A DNA stretch of 64,000 bases from an uncultured Planctomycetota bacterium (lineage in GTDB: Bacteria > Planctomycetota > Planctomycetia > Gemmatales > Gemmataceae): contig CAWKHF010000001.1 of the NCBI GenBank assembly GCA_963849325.1, positions 160,001 through 224,000 of the forward strand, in the 5' to 3' direction. The translations under genes and the position numbers were made by a program. This document shows positions 36,351 to 48,871 of this stretch, in pieces (the first letter of the stretch is position 1; every line of letters starts with the position of its first letter). Under the pieces are notes generated by a model. That model searched no databases and was not told the DNA's origin. It saw only the letters and a program-made list of their open reading frames with translations.

Positions 36351-36438
36351 GCGGATCTCTTCTTTTCGTGGGGAACACATCGGGAATATTGGGCGTCGGC
36401 TCGCCGAGCCGCCGCCAAACGGAGACAGATCCAGAGGG

Positions 36439-37547
36439 TCAGTGCGTGCCCTGGTAAATCGGCAGGGCCGCGTTATCCAGCTGCAGGATGGTCAGGTACA
36501 CGGGCGTGATGAAGGCGGGGCCGACGTGGCCGCCGGACCAGCTGCCGTCGCTGGACTGCGAACGGATGATGCTGTCGAAGTTGGCCTTTTTGTAGCCGCT
36601 CCACGTCAGCCGCTCGCTCGCGTGCGAGTCGGGGAACAAGCTCGGCGTAGCCGTCTTCGCCGAGGATGTAGATGGCCTGGGCGTAGTAGTAGTGGGTGTA
36701 CTCGTCGTGGCCGAAGCGGCCGCCGCCGACGCCGCCGAGGTGCTGCTGGCAGAACTTGAACCACTTCTTGACGAGCGGCGAGCTTGTAGTCGCCGAAGCT
36801 GAAGCCGCAGGCGATGGCCGCCGCCGTCAGGGCCGGCCGGCCGTCGCCGCCGCCGCCGCCGCCGAGGCTGTAGATCACGCCGCCCTGGGCGTTGGTCGAG
36901 TCGTGCAGGTACTTCTGGGCCATCTTGATCGCTTCCTGCGGCACGACGATGCCGGCGTTGCGCGCGGCCCGCAGGGCCTGCACCTGCGTGATGGTCACCG
37001 AGCCTTCGTCGAAGTTGCTGCCCTCGTGCGCCGAGACGTAGCCCCAGCCGCCGCGGTTGGTCTGGGCGTCGTGCGAGAACTTGCAGGCCCGTTCGAGGAT
37101 GTCCACCAGGCGACGGCGGCGGTCGCCCTCTTCCTCCTCGCCGACGACGCAGGAGAGGAACAGCATGCCGAAGCCGTGGCCGTACATGTAGCGGCCGGCC
37201 TCGCCGGGGATGTTCGGGTTGCCGATCATGCCGTTGGGCATGCTGTGGCGCCATCAGCCAGTCGGCGGCGCGGCGGATGTTGTCCTTGTATTTGCCCTCG
37301 CGGATGGTGCTGCCCTCCATGAGCATGGCCATGCCGCTGATGCCGGTCATGGTCACCGGATACTGGCCGCCGAACGCCTCCCAGTGGCCGTCCTTGTGCT
37401 GGTTCTTGGCCAGCCACTCCAGCCCCTTTTGCACGGCCTTGCGCTGGTCCGCCGACATCTCGTCCGCCCGCACCATGCGGGATTACCGGCGACGGCCAGG
37501 GCCAGCGCGGACAACAGCAGGACGACTCGGCGAGAGGGTGATCGCAT
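36439..37547 (-). CDS. Secreted prenyltransferase/squalene-oxidase repeat protein; several frameshifts
   Basis: QW-type repeats [26 protein letters not shown] and QSSDGSW; MYGHGF motif. Confidence 0.85.
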
Positions 37548-37644
37548 GATGACGAACTCCTTGAGCGAGGGGCCCGGAGGCCGAGCGAGGGAGACTCCCA
37601 TTCTTGGACGATTGACGCGAGGTTTTCTGACACGCCCCGAGCGA

Positions 37645-37720
37645 ACAAACTTCTCCGAGCCTGAAGCGTTAGCGAAGGAAGGATAAACTTCGCTAACGCT
37701 TCAGGCTCGGAGAAGTTTGT
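37645..37720. repeat. REP-like palindrome, family A
   Basis: ACAAACTTCTCCGAGCCTGAAGCGTTAGCGAAG ... CTTCGCTAACGCTTCAGGCTCGGAGAAGTTTGT. Confidence 0.85.
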
Positions 37721-37730
37721 CAATTCGCTC

Positions 37731-40700
37731 TCAGCGCGGCGGCAGCGGATTGCCGACCTCGCGGAGCGGGAGGCGATCGAGCGGAGAGCGATTGCTCCGC
37801 GCCCCGGTCGCTGTCCGCGGCGCCGGAGCGGCGCCAGAGTCCGGCGCCGCCGCCTTGCCGTCCTTGGCCGGGGCGGGAGAGTGGGTGATCTTTTCCCTCA
37901 TGCTGAGGAAGTCGATCGTGCCGGCTCGCGGATCGATGTGGACGCCGAAGAAGTTCGTCGCATTTTGCAGGTTGTCGTCGCTGAGGAGCATTCGGCCGCT
38001 GCGCTTCTCGATGCTCATGGCCGAGACGGCCTGGACCACGCGCTGGCCGGCGCCGAGGTTGCTGGATCTCCTGATGGCGCGCGGTCAGCAGCAGGACCGG
38101 CAGCTCGCGGAACTGATCGAGGACCAGGAACTGGTTCTTGACCGGCACGTACCATTCCCAGGCGCCGCTGTCGCGCTGGAAGGCGTAGATCATGCCGTTG
38201 ACCGGCACGGTGCGCATGCCCAGGTGGGTCATCACGTTGGCCTGCACGCCGCCGATACCGCCGAGGCGGACGTTGACGTTATTCATCTCCACCGGCGCCG
38301 CGCAGGCGAAGTAGAAGAACTTGCGGTCGGCCAGCAGATGCACGGCCTGGACGTTGCGCAGCATCCTTGGCCGGTTCGGCCATCTTACCGGCCATCACTT
38401 CCTTGCGCTTCCGCAGGTCGATGACGTGGACCTTGCCGTCCGGCTCGACGACGCCGGCGAAGTACGGATCGTCGCCGCGGGCCACGAGGGAGCGGGCGGC
38501 GTAGGTGTCCTTCCACACGTCCTGTCCGGTCAGCGGATCGTAGAGGCGCAGCACGACGCTGCTGCCGGCGCCGGCTTCGGACAGGAGGATGTGCCGGCCG
38601 AGGACTTGCAGCCGCTTCTGGAAGAGGGCGGCGAAGTCGAGGGCCTTGACGGTGATGCCGTCGGCGGCCCGAAAGACGCGGCGTGGCGTGGGCATTGTTG
38701 GCCTTGTCCAGCTCGACGACGAAGACGTGGTTTTCATCGGCGAAGATGTGGTTGCGCGGATTGACGTCCGAGCGCGACCACAGCGTCCGGCCGGACAGCG
38801 GATCCAGCGCGGTGAGGGTGTCGCGCGTCTGCACGCAGATGGTTGCCCCCTCCAGCGGGCCGGTCTGCCCCAGCCGCTGCGCCCAGCCGTCGGCGAACGA
38901 CAGCAGCACGCTGCCGTCGCGCGGATCGACGACCGGCACGCCCTGCCACTGCGGCCCATTGGGGTGATTGACGTTGACGGCGACCGGGCCGCCGCCGGCG
39001 GCGAGGTTCTTCTCCCACAGCACGCGCCGATTGACCGGATCGATGCCGTAGACCATGTGGGCGACCGGCAGCACGATGAGATGGCCGACCGTGCGATAGG
39101 CGAAGCGGGCGGCCGAGCTTGGGCTGGCGTTGACGACCTGGTTGTTGAGCTGGTTGCCCAGCACCTGCTGTGTCAGCATCTGGAACATGGTCTGCGTCAG
39201 CTTCTGCGACCAGACCTCTTTGGGAGCGTGGTTGTCGTCGTCGAGATTGCGGTCCAGGAGCTTGAACTCGTGCTTATTGTCCAGGCTCAGGCCGACGATG
39301 TGATTGCGGAAGTACGGCAGTTCCTCGCCGCTGTGCGCGAACTGGAAGAGTTGGCCGTGGCCAGGCATCTGCTCGCGGAAATCGCCGGCCTCGCGCTTGG
39401 CCTTGAGCTTGGTCGAGCCGAAACGCTCCGGTTCGTCCAGGTACGGCAGCAGCCGCTTGTCGGTGGCCGTGTCGTTATACAGATCGCGGCCGGTCTTGCC
39501 GTCGCGGATGACGATCTTGGCGTACTCACTGCCGAGCTTGCGGTAACAGTAGGCGGCGTCCTCCAGCAAGCCCTTGCGGGTGTACAGCCGGGCCAGCGCC
39601 TCGGTAGCGCGAGCGGCCAGCTCGGGGCTGTGCTCGCCGGTGCGGAACTGATTCAGCTCCAGCTCGGCCTCCAGCAGCGGGTGCTCGTCGCCGCTCTCCT
39701 TCTGTTCCATGAGGCGATCCACCAATTGCAGCCGGGCCTCCTTGCCGGCGGCCGACACCGAGCCGAACAGACGCACGAAGCGGCGTAGCTCGGGCAAATC
39801 GTTGGTCTGGCGCAGCTGGTCCCACTTGGAGGCGATGAGCTTTTCGAGCGGTTCGCGGTGCTCCGGCTTGGCCTTGGCCATCATGGCGATAATGCGGCCG
39901 CGCGACCAGACGTCGGGAGCGGCCTTGACCTGCCGTTCATCGACGGCGGGCACCAGCTCTTGCTGCTTGCCGGCCTCGGCGCCGAACTGCTGATATTTCT
40001 CGAACGCCTCGACGAGTCGGCCCTGCTCCTCGCGTCCCTTGCCGACCAGCCACAGGTACGTCGCCCGCCGCCGCCGTTGCTCGGCCTCCAGCTCCGCCCG
40101 TTTTTCCGGCGGCGCGTCGGCCACGTCGAGACGGCACAGGTCTTCGTAGTCCTTGAGGTATTTCTCGGCCTCGTTGAAGTGGTCCGCGATGTAGGCGGTC
40201 AGCGTATCGTACAGCTTGGCGCAGCGCGATCGCGGGTGGCCTTGTCGGGGTTGTTCTTCAGTGCGGTGCTCAGATCCTCGATGGCACCGGCCAGGTCGCC
40301 CTTGTCCAGGCGCAGGTCGCCGCGCTCGGTCAGCCCGACCGGGTCGTTGGGGTTCTTGGCGATCAGCTCGTCCATCTGGGCGATCTTGACCTTGAGCTGC
40401 GGATAGACGACGACTTCCTCATGCGTCAGGGAAATGACGTTGCCTTCGTAAAAGAGCAAATTGCCGGGTACGTCATGGTCGCTGCCGCCAACGTCTCGGG
40501 GCCGCGATTTGCTGCTGCCGACGATCTTGCCGCGCGGCATGTCGATGGCGACGATTTGCGGCTCCTTGGATCGGCCGGCCTCCTTGAGCGGCAGGTAATA
40601 GACGTTGTCGCTGGCGATGCCCTGGCCGGACGGCATGCCGGTGTCCAGCGTCCACAGCACCTCGCCGCTCTGCAGGCTCAGGCCGCGCACGTTCTTCTTG

Positions 40701-42876
40701 CCGACGACCAGTACGGTGCCATTGCAGACGTTGCCCAGGTACAGGTCGTCCTCCAGCTTCGGCTTCTGCCAGACGCGCGAGCCGTCGCGCAGATTGACGC
40801 AGTGCAGCGAGCGGGCGTCCGGGGCGGTGAAGACGACCTTGCCGTCGGCGATGACGGGGGCGGACGCCTTCCATTGATTATGGTTCTGGACCGGCTGCGC
40901 GATTTGTCCGCCAGGGCCGACGATCATGCCGCGGCGAATGAAGCGCTGCACGTGTACCTGCTCCGGCGGCGTGTCGCTCTTTTCCCGATAGGGGTAGGCC
41001 CATACCAGGCTGTTTTCCAGCAGGTTGATGCCGAAGACGGCGCCGGCGTTGGTCGGACAAACGAGGATGCCTTCGCCGTAGGCCAGGTGGGCGGCGCCGG
41101 TGCGCCGCATGACGTCGTTGGGCATCTGCTGTTGCGTCGTGCCCAGCGTCTGGGTGGAAAGAATGACCGCTTTCGGGAAGCGCGTGACGGGATCGATCAC
41201 GTGGGGATCGAGGCAGACGAGCCGAAGTTCCTGTTGTTTCTCGGTCAGCACGTACAGTTTGCCGCCCAGTGGCAGGGGAGGGCCGAGGAAGTAGCAATCG
41301 GACAGGGGACCCTTGTCTTCGCCGCCCAGCTCCCAGGTCAGCTTGCCGCCGTTCGCCAAGCTATACGCTTCCAGCCGACTGTGCTGGATGGCCTCCCGGA
41401 TCTCGGGGCTATAAGCGTGGTTGGCGTTGTTCATGCCGGGGTTGAAGCCCATGTTCACGTTCATCATCTGCGGCGGCGGCGGGACGGCGAGATCCTCGAC
41501 GACGTAGACGAACTGTCCGTCGGTGCTGAGGGTGCCGACCGTGGAGTTCTCGAACAGGATCTGCGGGTGCTGGTTCTGCTCCACGTAATACTGGAGCCAG
41601 CCGGCCATCGCCTGCTGCTTGTGAGGATCGGAACGGGAGGCGAGCATCCGCTCCAGGCTCCAGCTCGACGGCTGCGTCCAGGCGATGTCGCCGCTCTTGA
41701 GGTCGCGGGCCACGACGCCCCAGTAATTCTTGTAGATCAGAAGCGGCATCCTCTTCTCGCCCTTGACGACCGTGACGGTGATGGGAGAGAAGGCGGGGAT
41801 GATCGGCTGATTGCGGTCCTTGGACCAGTAGGTGATGGCCCGCTTGAGACGCTCGTGAGGCAAGGGGTTGTTCTTGGCCTCATCGTACATCATTGCTTTG
41901 CGCCAGGTCGCCGACATGAAGGCCGGGCCGCCCACGAGTTGATTGGCGCGATTGGGCGTGGCTCGGTAGACGATGGAGTCGGTGGCGTTCTGACTGAAGC
42001 TCGGTCGTTCCAGCCGGGCGACGTATTCTTCCAGCTCGGCGACGGATGCGCGTGTCGTCCGGTCCCAGTTGGACCTCGCGGGCCTGGTTGCGGAGCTGCT
42101 TCCACAGTTCTTTTTCGCTGATCTTGCTGGTGGTGATCTGCGTGCCCTGGCTGGCCGTGGCCGAGGCTGGGGCCATGTGGACGGCGTAGGCGGCCTTGAA
42201 CAGCACCACCGGCGGCAGTTTGTCGGCGCCCTCGCGGTTGAGCAGTTTGTCGAAGCAGAGGACAGCAGCGATGTAGTTGCCGCGATCGAGGTGGTAGTCG
42301 GCCAAGCAGCTTGATGGCCTCGCCGCCGGCGTCGGTGTGAGCGTACCGCTTCATCACCTCGGCCAGAAGGCTGGGATCGCCGTTGTCCTTGGCCTTCTGA
42401 AGCAGCTTGGCGGCGGCGGCGCCGTGGGTCAGCTTGTAGAAGTCCCGTCCGGCCGGCGGCAGACTGGCCAGCAGCCGATCCGCTTCCTGCTTGACGCTCA
42501 CCCAGGCATGGCCTTTCTTGCCCTCGGCGTTGGTTCGTTCCAGACGGACGAAGACGTCCTCATCGATCTCGAGGAGCTTCTGCAGGGTGGGGATGGCGGT
42601 CTTCCATTCCTCTTCGCGGATGTAATCGATGGCCGCCTCGATGGCACTGGCGCGGCCCTTTTCGTCCTTGGGCAGACTGATACCGCTGTTGAGAAAGCCG
42701 TCGGGGTTCATGTTGGGGTCGGGAGGCGGCGGGACGGGCAGCGCGGGCACGGGTCCGCCGCCCGGCGGCTGCACGGCGATTTGGACCTGGGCGCGCCCTT
42801 GATCCAGGCAGACGGCGGAGACGGCCACGATCAGCGCCAGCAGGACAACGGAGGCTCGGCGAGGGTTCCAGGACAT
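37731..42876 (-). CDS. Very large secreted PQQ-like beta-propeller / TPR protein; multiple frameshifts
   Basis: Signal peptide; propeller repeats (ARDLKSGDIAW, LNLRDGSRVW-type, ALDPLSGRTLW) and TPR-like ERGDLRLDKGD. Fragments are collinear. Confidence 0.8.
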
Positions 42877-43199
42877 TGGCGGGATTCTCCTGCTTCCTTG
42901 ATTGCGGCCACAGCGTCGCCGCCGCGGCGGTCGGCTCCAGGGATTCTCTCACAGCCCGCGACGACCTGGCAAGCGTAATCGTCAGGGGATACGACGATTC
43001 CACCCGTCGAAGCGTGGACTGTGCGGCCGGAAGATCGCTCACGGCGGCACAAACAGCATCTCCCCGTCGCGAGAGTCTGCCGCATTAAGGAGGACGAGGC
43101 TCGTTGGGCGAACTAACAGCCGCGCGGCGAGCGGGGGCTTACGCTCCGCGCTCGCATAACCTATAATTCCGTTTTCTTCGTCACCTTCGGAGTCTTGTG

Positions 43200-44303
43200 A
43201 TGTCGCGCTCGGTTCCGTCTCCCTCGGCAGACTGGCGCGGCGAGGGCCGGCCGGTTCGGCGGCGCACGCGGACGTTTCGTCCGAATTACCTGTCGTTCGC
43301 GGGGACGTACCAGTGTAACCTGACCTGCCCCCACTGCTGCGTGCCGATCGAATGGCCCGACCGCCTCGACATCGCCGTCGCCCTGCGCTTCCTCGAAGAC
43401 GCCCACCGCGAGGGCGTCGCCATCCTCGCTTTCACCGGCGGCGAACCGTTTCTGTATCCCGAGTTCCTGTATGCGCTCTGTCGTCGGGCCGTCGAGCTGG
43501 GTTTCCGCTTCGACAAGATCATGAGCAACGGCGTCTGGCACCGCGACGCCGCCCACCTGGAGGCGGTGCTGGGCGACCTGGCCGCGACCGGCTTCAGCGG
43601 TAAGTTGGGCCTGAGCGTCGATAAGTTCCACGGCAAGCACACGGCCCAGGCGGCGGAGTTCTGTCGCATCGCCCGCCGTGTCTTCGACCGCGATAACATC
43701 GTCTCGCTCTCGTATGCCAGCCGTCGCCCCGATCAGGGGCTGGAGCCGGTACACGACCTGGCCCGCGAGCTGGACGCCGTCGTCGAGTGGTCCGACGTGC
43801 TGCACCGCTATCTGATGGTGTCCGACGAACTGACGATCACGCTGAACTGGAACCACCTGGCGCCAGTGGAGCGCGCCGAGCGTTTCACCGGAGCGTGGGA
43901 CGGCGAATGGTTCGCGGAAGATTACTGCGAGGGGCCGGGACAGGCGCTGATCGTGACGCCCAAGGGCGAGGTCAAACCGTGCTGCGGCTTCGCCTCGGAC
44001 CTCGATCAATTGACCATCGGCAACATCTACCATGACAGCGTGCGCCGCATCATCCGCCGGGCGCGGCGACATCCGTATGTCGGCAAGGTGTTCCGCGAAG
44101 GGCTGACGGCGATCCGCGAGGAGATCCTGGCTCGTGACCCGGAGGCGCTGCCGGGGGCGACGAGCAATCACTGTTATTTCTGCTGGTATGTACTGATGAA
44201 AGGTATATTCGATCAATCCCGAGACGAGGCGAGGGACAGGGTAGGGTGCGGCGGACAGTGGGAAAAGCTCAAAACCGGGCGAATATCCTTGCCGCTCGCC
44301 TGA
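43200..44303 (+). CDS. Radical SAM protein with a SPASM/twitch-like domain
   Basis: CNLTCPHC (CxxxCxxC) and FTGGEPF; C-terminal C...GEVKPCCG...IGNI...HCYFC. Confidence 0.9.
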   Translation: MSRSVPSPSADWRGEGRPVRRRTRTFRPNYLSFAGTYQCNLTCPHCCVPIEWPDRLDIAVALRFLEDAHREGVAILAFTGGEPFLYPEFLYALCRRAVELGFRFDKIMSNGVWHRDAAHLEAVLGDLAATGFSGKLGLSVDKFHGKHTAQAAEFCRIARRVFDRDNIVSLSYASRRPDQGLEPVHDLARELDAVVEWSDVLHRYLMVSDELTITLNWNHLAPVERAERFTGAWDGEWFAEDYCEGPGQALIVTPKGEVKPCCGFASDLDQLTIGNIYHDSVRRIIRRARRHPYVGKVFREGLTAIREEILARDPEALPGATSNHCYFCWYVLMKGIFDQSRDEARDRVGCGGQWEKLKTGRISLPLA

Positions 44304-44366
44304 GGGGGAAGGCAGACATCCCCTTTGGAAGGCTGCCGGGCCATCGGCAAATCGAAGCGGGAGAGC

Positions 44367-44395
44367 TTGACGTTCAGACTATAGTCTGCTAGAGA
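44367..44395 (+). promoter_or_regulatory. Putative MTase promoter with the palindromic C-box-like operator CAGACTATAGTCTG (44375-44388) in its spacer
   Basis: TTGACG-N17-TAGAGA with a perfect 14-bp palindrome; a second copy lies upstream of the C gene. Confidence 0.65.
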
Positions 44396-44402
44396 GTGAA
44401 TC

Positions 44403-45291
44403 ATGAGCCAGCAAAAACTGCCCTTTCCCGGCGATCCTTGGAAGCCAATCGGGCTTTTCCGGAGCGACGGAAACGAACCCTCGCCCACTCTGAGGACCGA
44501 GCACGGCATCTTGTATTCCGGCGACTGCTTGGCCGTCCTGCCTTACCTTAACGACGCGACAGTTGATACTGTATTTGCCGATCCGCCCTTCAATCTGGGG
44601 AAAACCTACGGCGCAAAGGTTGACGATAACCGACCAGACGAAGAATACGTGAGCTGGTGCAGGGAATGGATTGCGGAATGCGTCCGCGTGCTCAAGCCGG
44701 GCGGTTCGCTGTTTTTGTACAATATCCCGAAATGGAACATCCGGCTCGGTGCCCATCTGGCGGAATTAGGATTGACCTTTCGCCACTGGATTGCGGTCAG
44801 TATCAAATTCGGCCTGCCCATCCCCGGTAGGCTCTATCCGTGTCATTACAGCTTGCTGTATTACTGCAAAGGAGAGAAGCCGAAGACGTTCCGAAGCATC
44901 CGGACGCCGATCAAGACTTGTCGGCACTGTGGAGGAGAGATTCGAGATTACGGCGGTCATCGAAACGCCATGAATCCCAAGGGCGTAAACCTGACGGACG
45001 TCTCGGGATGACGTCCCGCCCGTTCGTCACTGGAAGTTCAAAAGCAAAAAACGTAAAGCGAATCAACTGTCCACGAAATTGTTGACCCGCGTCGTGGAAT
45101 TGTCAACGCAGAAAGGCGACATTGTGCTTGATCCGTTCGGCGGCAGCGGCACGACCTTCGATGTTTGCGAACGCCGTGAGCGCCATTGGATCGGCGTTGA
45201 GTTGGAGAACTGCGATGTAATCATCGAACGGCTGACGACTGCCGACTTGGAGGCACACGATTGTCAGGACCACGTGGAAGACCGGAAATAG
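44403..45291 (+). CDS. Amino (N4-C/N6-A) DNA methyltransferase, beta class, M.BamHI-like; frameshift near 45004
   Basis: Motif IV FADPPFN precedes motif I VLDPFGGSGTT. The expected DVWDD is broken by one extra base. Confidence 0.9.
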
Positions 45292-45298
45292 CAAGCGG

Positions 45299-45910
45299 TC
45301 ATTGCAAGGCCCGACCATCGGTCCCTTTCGGGATGCGCGGAACGTCTAAACTCGTCGCATCGTGTTCCGCGACGACGATTCGCAAAGCCCCTTCTTTGAT
45401 TTCCGTATCGCGCCACAGGGGGAAATAGTGCCGGAGTTCACCGATATTGCCGATGCGATCCGTCAGATAGGCCTTCAGCTTATTGCTCGGCACCACCAGG
45501 AAACCACCGATCAAGCCCCCGAGTTTCAGTGTCAAAAGCAACTTGTTTATGGCCCGGTGGCTGGACGAGATGTTTCCCGTTTCCCACTCGAAGCCGATGA
45601 ATCCCGAGGAACTCCGGAACAAAGCATCCAGGTCGCCCGTTTCCATCACTCCGTTCTCGATGATCGGCAGCCGTTCGACCTGCCAACCCTGTTCCCGAAG
45701 TTTCTGCAAACACGGCAACTTGATTGGAACGACGCCATTGCCCTCGCCTCGCTTCTTCCCACTCTGCGGGTAAATCGTGAACTTCCCCGAACCGTGGGGC
45801 CAGTCCGTAGCGCGAATCGCCGACTTGACATGGCGACAGGCCGTCCGCCAGGCCCGAGACTTCGGGAACTTCCCCCGCGCGATCAGGTCAACCGTCTCCA
45901 CGATTTTCAT
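45299..45910 (-). CDS. Type II restriction endonuclease, BamHI family
   Basis: [38 protein letters not shown] and IPKGTDGRA motifs; convergent with the MTase. Confidence 0.88.
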   Translation of the reverse strand: MKIVETVDLIARGKFPKSRAWRTACRHVKSAIRATDWPHGSGKFTIYPQSGKKRGEGNGVVPIKLPCLQKLREQGWQVERLPIIENGVMETGDLDALFRSSSGFIGFEWETGNISSSHRAINKLLLTLKLGGLIGGFLVVPSNKLKAYLTDRIGNIGELRHYFPLWRDTEIKEGALRIVVAEHDATSLDVPRIPKGTDGRALQ

Positions 45911-46115
45911 TCATCTCTTTCTCTACCTTGGCGATAAGCTTGCTGGCGCTGGTTTCCATAGCGGCACACAGCCGGAAGAGCATGTTGAGCGTGGGCGATT
46001 TCACGTCCCGTTCCAATAGACTGACGTAGGTGCGATGGACCCCCGCCTTGAACGCAAGCTGTTCTTGCGTTAAGCCAGCCTTGTCCCTCGCCTTTCGCAG
46101 TTCCTCGCCGAACAT
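45888..46115 (-). CDS. R-M controller (C) protein, XRE/HTH_3 family
   Basis: [31 protein letters not shown]; overlaps the start of the R gene, as in typical C-R operons. Confidence 0.88.
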   Translation of the reverse strand: MFGEELRKARDKAGLTQEQLAFKAGVHRTYVSLLERDVKSPTLNMLFRLCAAMETSASKLIAKVEKEMNENRGDG

Positions 46116-46150
46116 CAGGTCAAGGTAGCAAGGGAGAGAGGCGTATTCCG

Positions 46151-46164
46151 CGGACTATAGTCTG
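46151..46164 (-). promoter_or_regulatory. C-box-like operator upstream of the C gene
   Basis: CGGACTATAGTCTG, 13/14 identical to the palindrome in front of the MTase, about 36 bp upstream of the C start. Confidence 0.7.
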
Positions 46165-46417
46165 AGAGCACGTTTTACGTCCTGAATGCGGGATTCACCC
46201 GTGCATCAGCCGCAAACTCAAATCCATAACTACTTGCGATTGAAGGAGTGACATCGCCAACCAGGAGGATGCCTTCATTCCGCGCGAAAAGATTGGCCTC
46301 ATCGGCAACTCGAAACGAGGTCTCGTCACCTTGCCGACGAGTTCGTCCACCATAGGACAATCAGCGATCTGCCGCCGAAACGCTTCGCGCAGAACACCTC
46401 CATCCCAAGGACCGCAC

Positions 46418-47461
46418 ATGAAAGCCTTGGTCAAACGCAAAGCCGAACCCGGACTGTGGCTGGAAGACGTACCGCGGCCGGAGGTCGGTCTCAACAACGT
46501 CCTCATCCGTGTGCATCGTACCGGCATTTGCGGCACCAACGTCCACATCTGGAAGTGGGACGACTGGGCCCGCAAAACCATCCCGGTGCCGATGGTCGTC
46601 GGCCACGAGTTCGTCGGTGAGGTCGTGTCCGTCGGCGGCAATGTCGCCGACTTCCACCCCGGCGAGATCGTCAGCGGAGAGGGCCACGTCGTTTGCGGCC
46701 TGTGTCGCAACTGTCTGGCCGGCCGGCGCCACCTGTGCAAGGACACCAGGGGCGTCGGCGTCAATCGACCGGGCGCCTTCGCCGAGTACATCGCCCTGCC
46801 GATGACAAACGTGTGGCACCACGATCCGGCCATCCACCTCGACGTGGCCGCCATCTTCGATCCGTTCGGCAACGCGGTCCACACGGCCCTGTCGTTTCCG
46901 GTGCTCGGCGAGGACGTGCTCATCACCGGAGCGGGGCCGATCGGCGTCATGGCCGCCGCCGTCGTTCGCCATGCCGGGGCGCGCTACGTCGTCATCACCG
47001 ATGTCAACCCGTACCGGCTGGAGCTGGCCCGCAAGATGGGCGTGACGATGGCCGTGGACATCCGCGAAACGAGCATCGCCGAGGCCCAGAAGAAGCTCGG
47101 CATGAAGGAAGGTTTCGACGTCGGCCTGGAGATGTCCGGCAATCCGTCGGCGTTCCGCGACATGCTGGTCAACCTGTGCCACGGAGCCAAGATCGCCATG
47201 CTCGGCATCCCCGAGCGCGAGATGGCCATCGATTGGAACCTGGTCGTCTTCAACATGCTGACCATCAAGGGCATCTACGGCCGCGAGATGTACGAGACGT
47301 GGTACAAGATGACGGTCATGCTGCAAGGCGGCCTCGACATTCGGCCAGTCATCACGCATCGCTTTCCTTACACGGAGTTTCACAAGGGCTTCGACGTGAT
47401 GATGTCCGGTCAGTCGGGGAAAGTTATTCTCCATTGGATGGAGAAAGGATCTCGAGTTTAG
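46418..47461 (+). CDS. tdh: L-threonine 3-dehydrogenase
   Basis: [38 protein letters not shown] and [15 protein letters not shown] motifs. Confidence 0.96.
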   Translation: MKALVKRKAEPGLWLEDVPRPEVGLNNVLIRVHRTGICGTNVHIWKWDDWARKTIPVPMVVGHEFVGEVVSVGGNVADFHPGEIVSGEGHVVCGLCRNCLAGRRHLCKDTRGVGVNRPGAFAEYIALPMTNVWHHDPAIHLDVAAIFDPFGNAVHTALSFPVLGEDVLITGAGPIGVMAAAVVRHAGARYVVITDVNPYRLELARKMGVTMAVDIRETSIAEAQKKLGMKEGFDVGLEMSGNPSAFRDMLVNLCHGAKIAMLGIPEREMAIDWNLVVFNMLTIKGIYGREMYETWYKMTVMLQGGLDIRPVITHRFPYTEFHKGFDVMMSGQSGKVILHWMEKGSRV

Positions 47462-47483
47462 GAACGGTTTTCAAAGCTCACTC

Positions 47484-47533
47484 GCCCGGAGCGCCAGCGA
47501 CGGGTACCCCAACCCGTCGCTGGCGCTCCGGGC
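47484..47533. repeat. REP-like hairpin between convergent tdh and proB (possible terminator)
   Basis: GCCCGGAGCGCCAGCGACGGGT ... ACCCGTCGCTGGCGCTCCGGGC. Confidence 0.75.
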
Positions 47534-48673
47534 TAATGGACCGCGATAACGACCAAATTATCGCGGTGGACCACCTCATCGTAGGCGGAAGCGCCGATCA
47601 CTTCGCGCACCCGTTCGCTGCGCAAACCGCGGATGCGTTCGACATCGCCGGAAGAATAATTGCTCAGTCCGCGAGCGAATTCGACGCCTGCAACGTCTAT
47701 TAAGGTGACGACATCGCCCTTGCTGAACGTGCCGGCGACCTGGACGATGCCGATGGGCAACAGACTGCGGCCCTGATGCTGAACGGCCTGGCGCGCCCCG
47801 GCATCGACGACGAGCCGGCCGCGCGGCCGGGCCGTGTAGCCCAGCCAGCGCTTCCACGCTGGCATGGTGCGGTCGTGCGGCAAAAACAACGTGCCGACCG
47901 GCTCGGCGCGAAAGAGGGCGTCGAGAATGCCGGGTGTGCTGCCGTTGGCCATGAGGACCGTCTCGCCCGCCACCGTCGCCAGGCGCGCGGCGCGCAGTTT
48001 GCTCCTCATGCCGCCGGAACCGAGGGCACTGCGGCTGCTGCCGGCCTTCTCCATGATGGCGGCGTCGATGACCGGCACCGTCGTCAGCAGCGACGCCGAC
48101 GGATCGCTGCGCGGGTCGGAGGAGTACAGACCGTCCACCACGGTCAGCAGGACCAGCAGCGACGCTTGCAGCAAGTTGGTGACCAGGGCGGCGAGGTGGT
48201 CGTTGTCGCCAAAGCGGATCTCGGCGACGCTGACCGTATCGTTCTCGTTGATGATGGGCAGACAGCCATACTCGAACAGCGTCAGAATGGTATTGCGCGC
48301 GTTGAGGTAGCGGCCGCGGCTGTCGAAATCGCCGGCGGTGAGCAGGATCTGGGCCGTCGGGATGCCGTGACGGGACAGGCAGTCCTCGTAAGCGCGCATG
48401 AGGAACGCTTGACCGATAGCGGCGCACGCTTGCAGCTGACGCAAGTCGGTCGGACGGCGCGCCAGGCCAAGACGGCCCATGCCGGCACCGATGGCGCCGG
48501 AGCTGACCAGGGCGACCCGGCGGCCGCCGGCGCAGGCGCTGGAGTTGGTCGGCCAGCGCTTGCAGCCGTTGCGGATCGAGCGTGCCGTCCTCGTGGGTGA
48601 GCACGTTGGTGCCCACCTTGACCACCACCGTGTTCGCCAGGGCGATGACTTCTTGCCGAACCGCGTCGAGCAT
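47533..48673 (-). CDS. proB: Glutamate 5-kinase with PUA domain; frameshift near 48535
   Basis: VVVKVGT, LVSSGAI, PIINENDTV, FGDND, GSGGMRSK and SLLPIGI motifs. Confidence 0.95.
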
Positions 48674-48871
48674 GGCTGCGTTCTCGAAAACCGGGGGCCA
48701 TGCCTGTTTATAGCAGGCGCGGACCTCTCTCGTAACAAGCCGCGAAGTTTGTAACAATGAGGCAGGATGGTTTGACGCGGCCAAAGGGGTCTTTTATACT
48801 CGATCTCAGCGAATGGACACTCCCCCGCTCGCCGGGGGCTGGAAAGGACTTCTCAGCTCAGGAGGTGCCTC

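Noticed and set aside
36439-37547. Squalene-hopene cyclase or terpene biosynthesis gene
   Set aside because: Single short barrel with a signal peptide and no DxDD motif; the MoxR-cluster context fits the generic prenyltransferase-repeat family.
46170-46417. Possible glycine or c-di-GMP riboswitch upstream of tdh
   Set aside because: The conserved aptamer cores were not found by eye; an Rfam scan would be needed.
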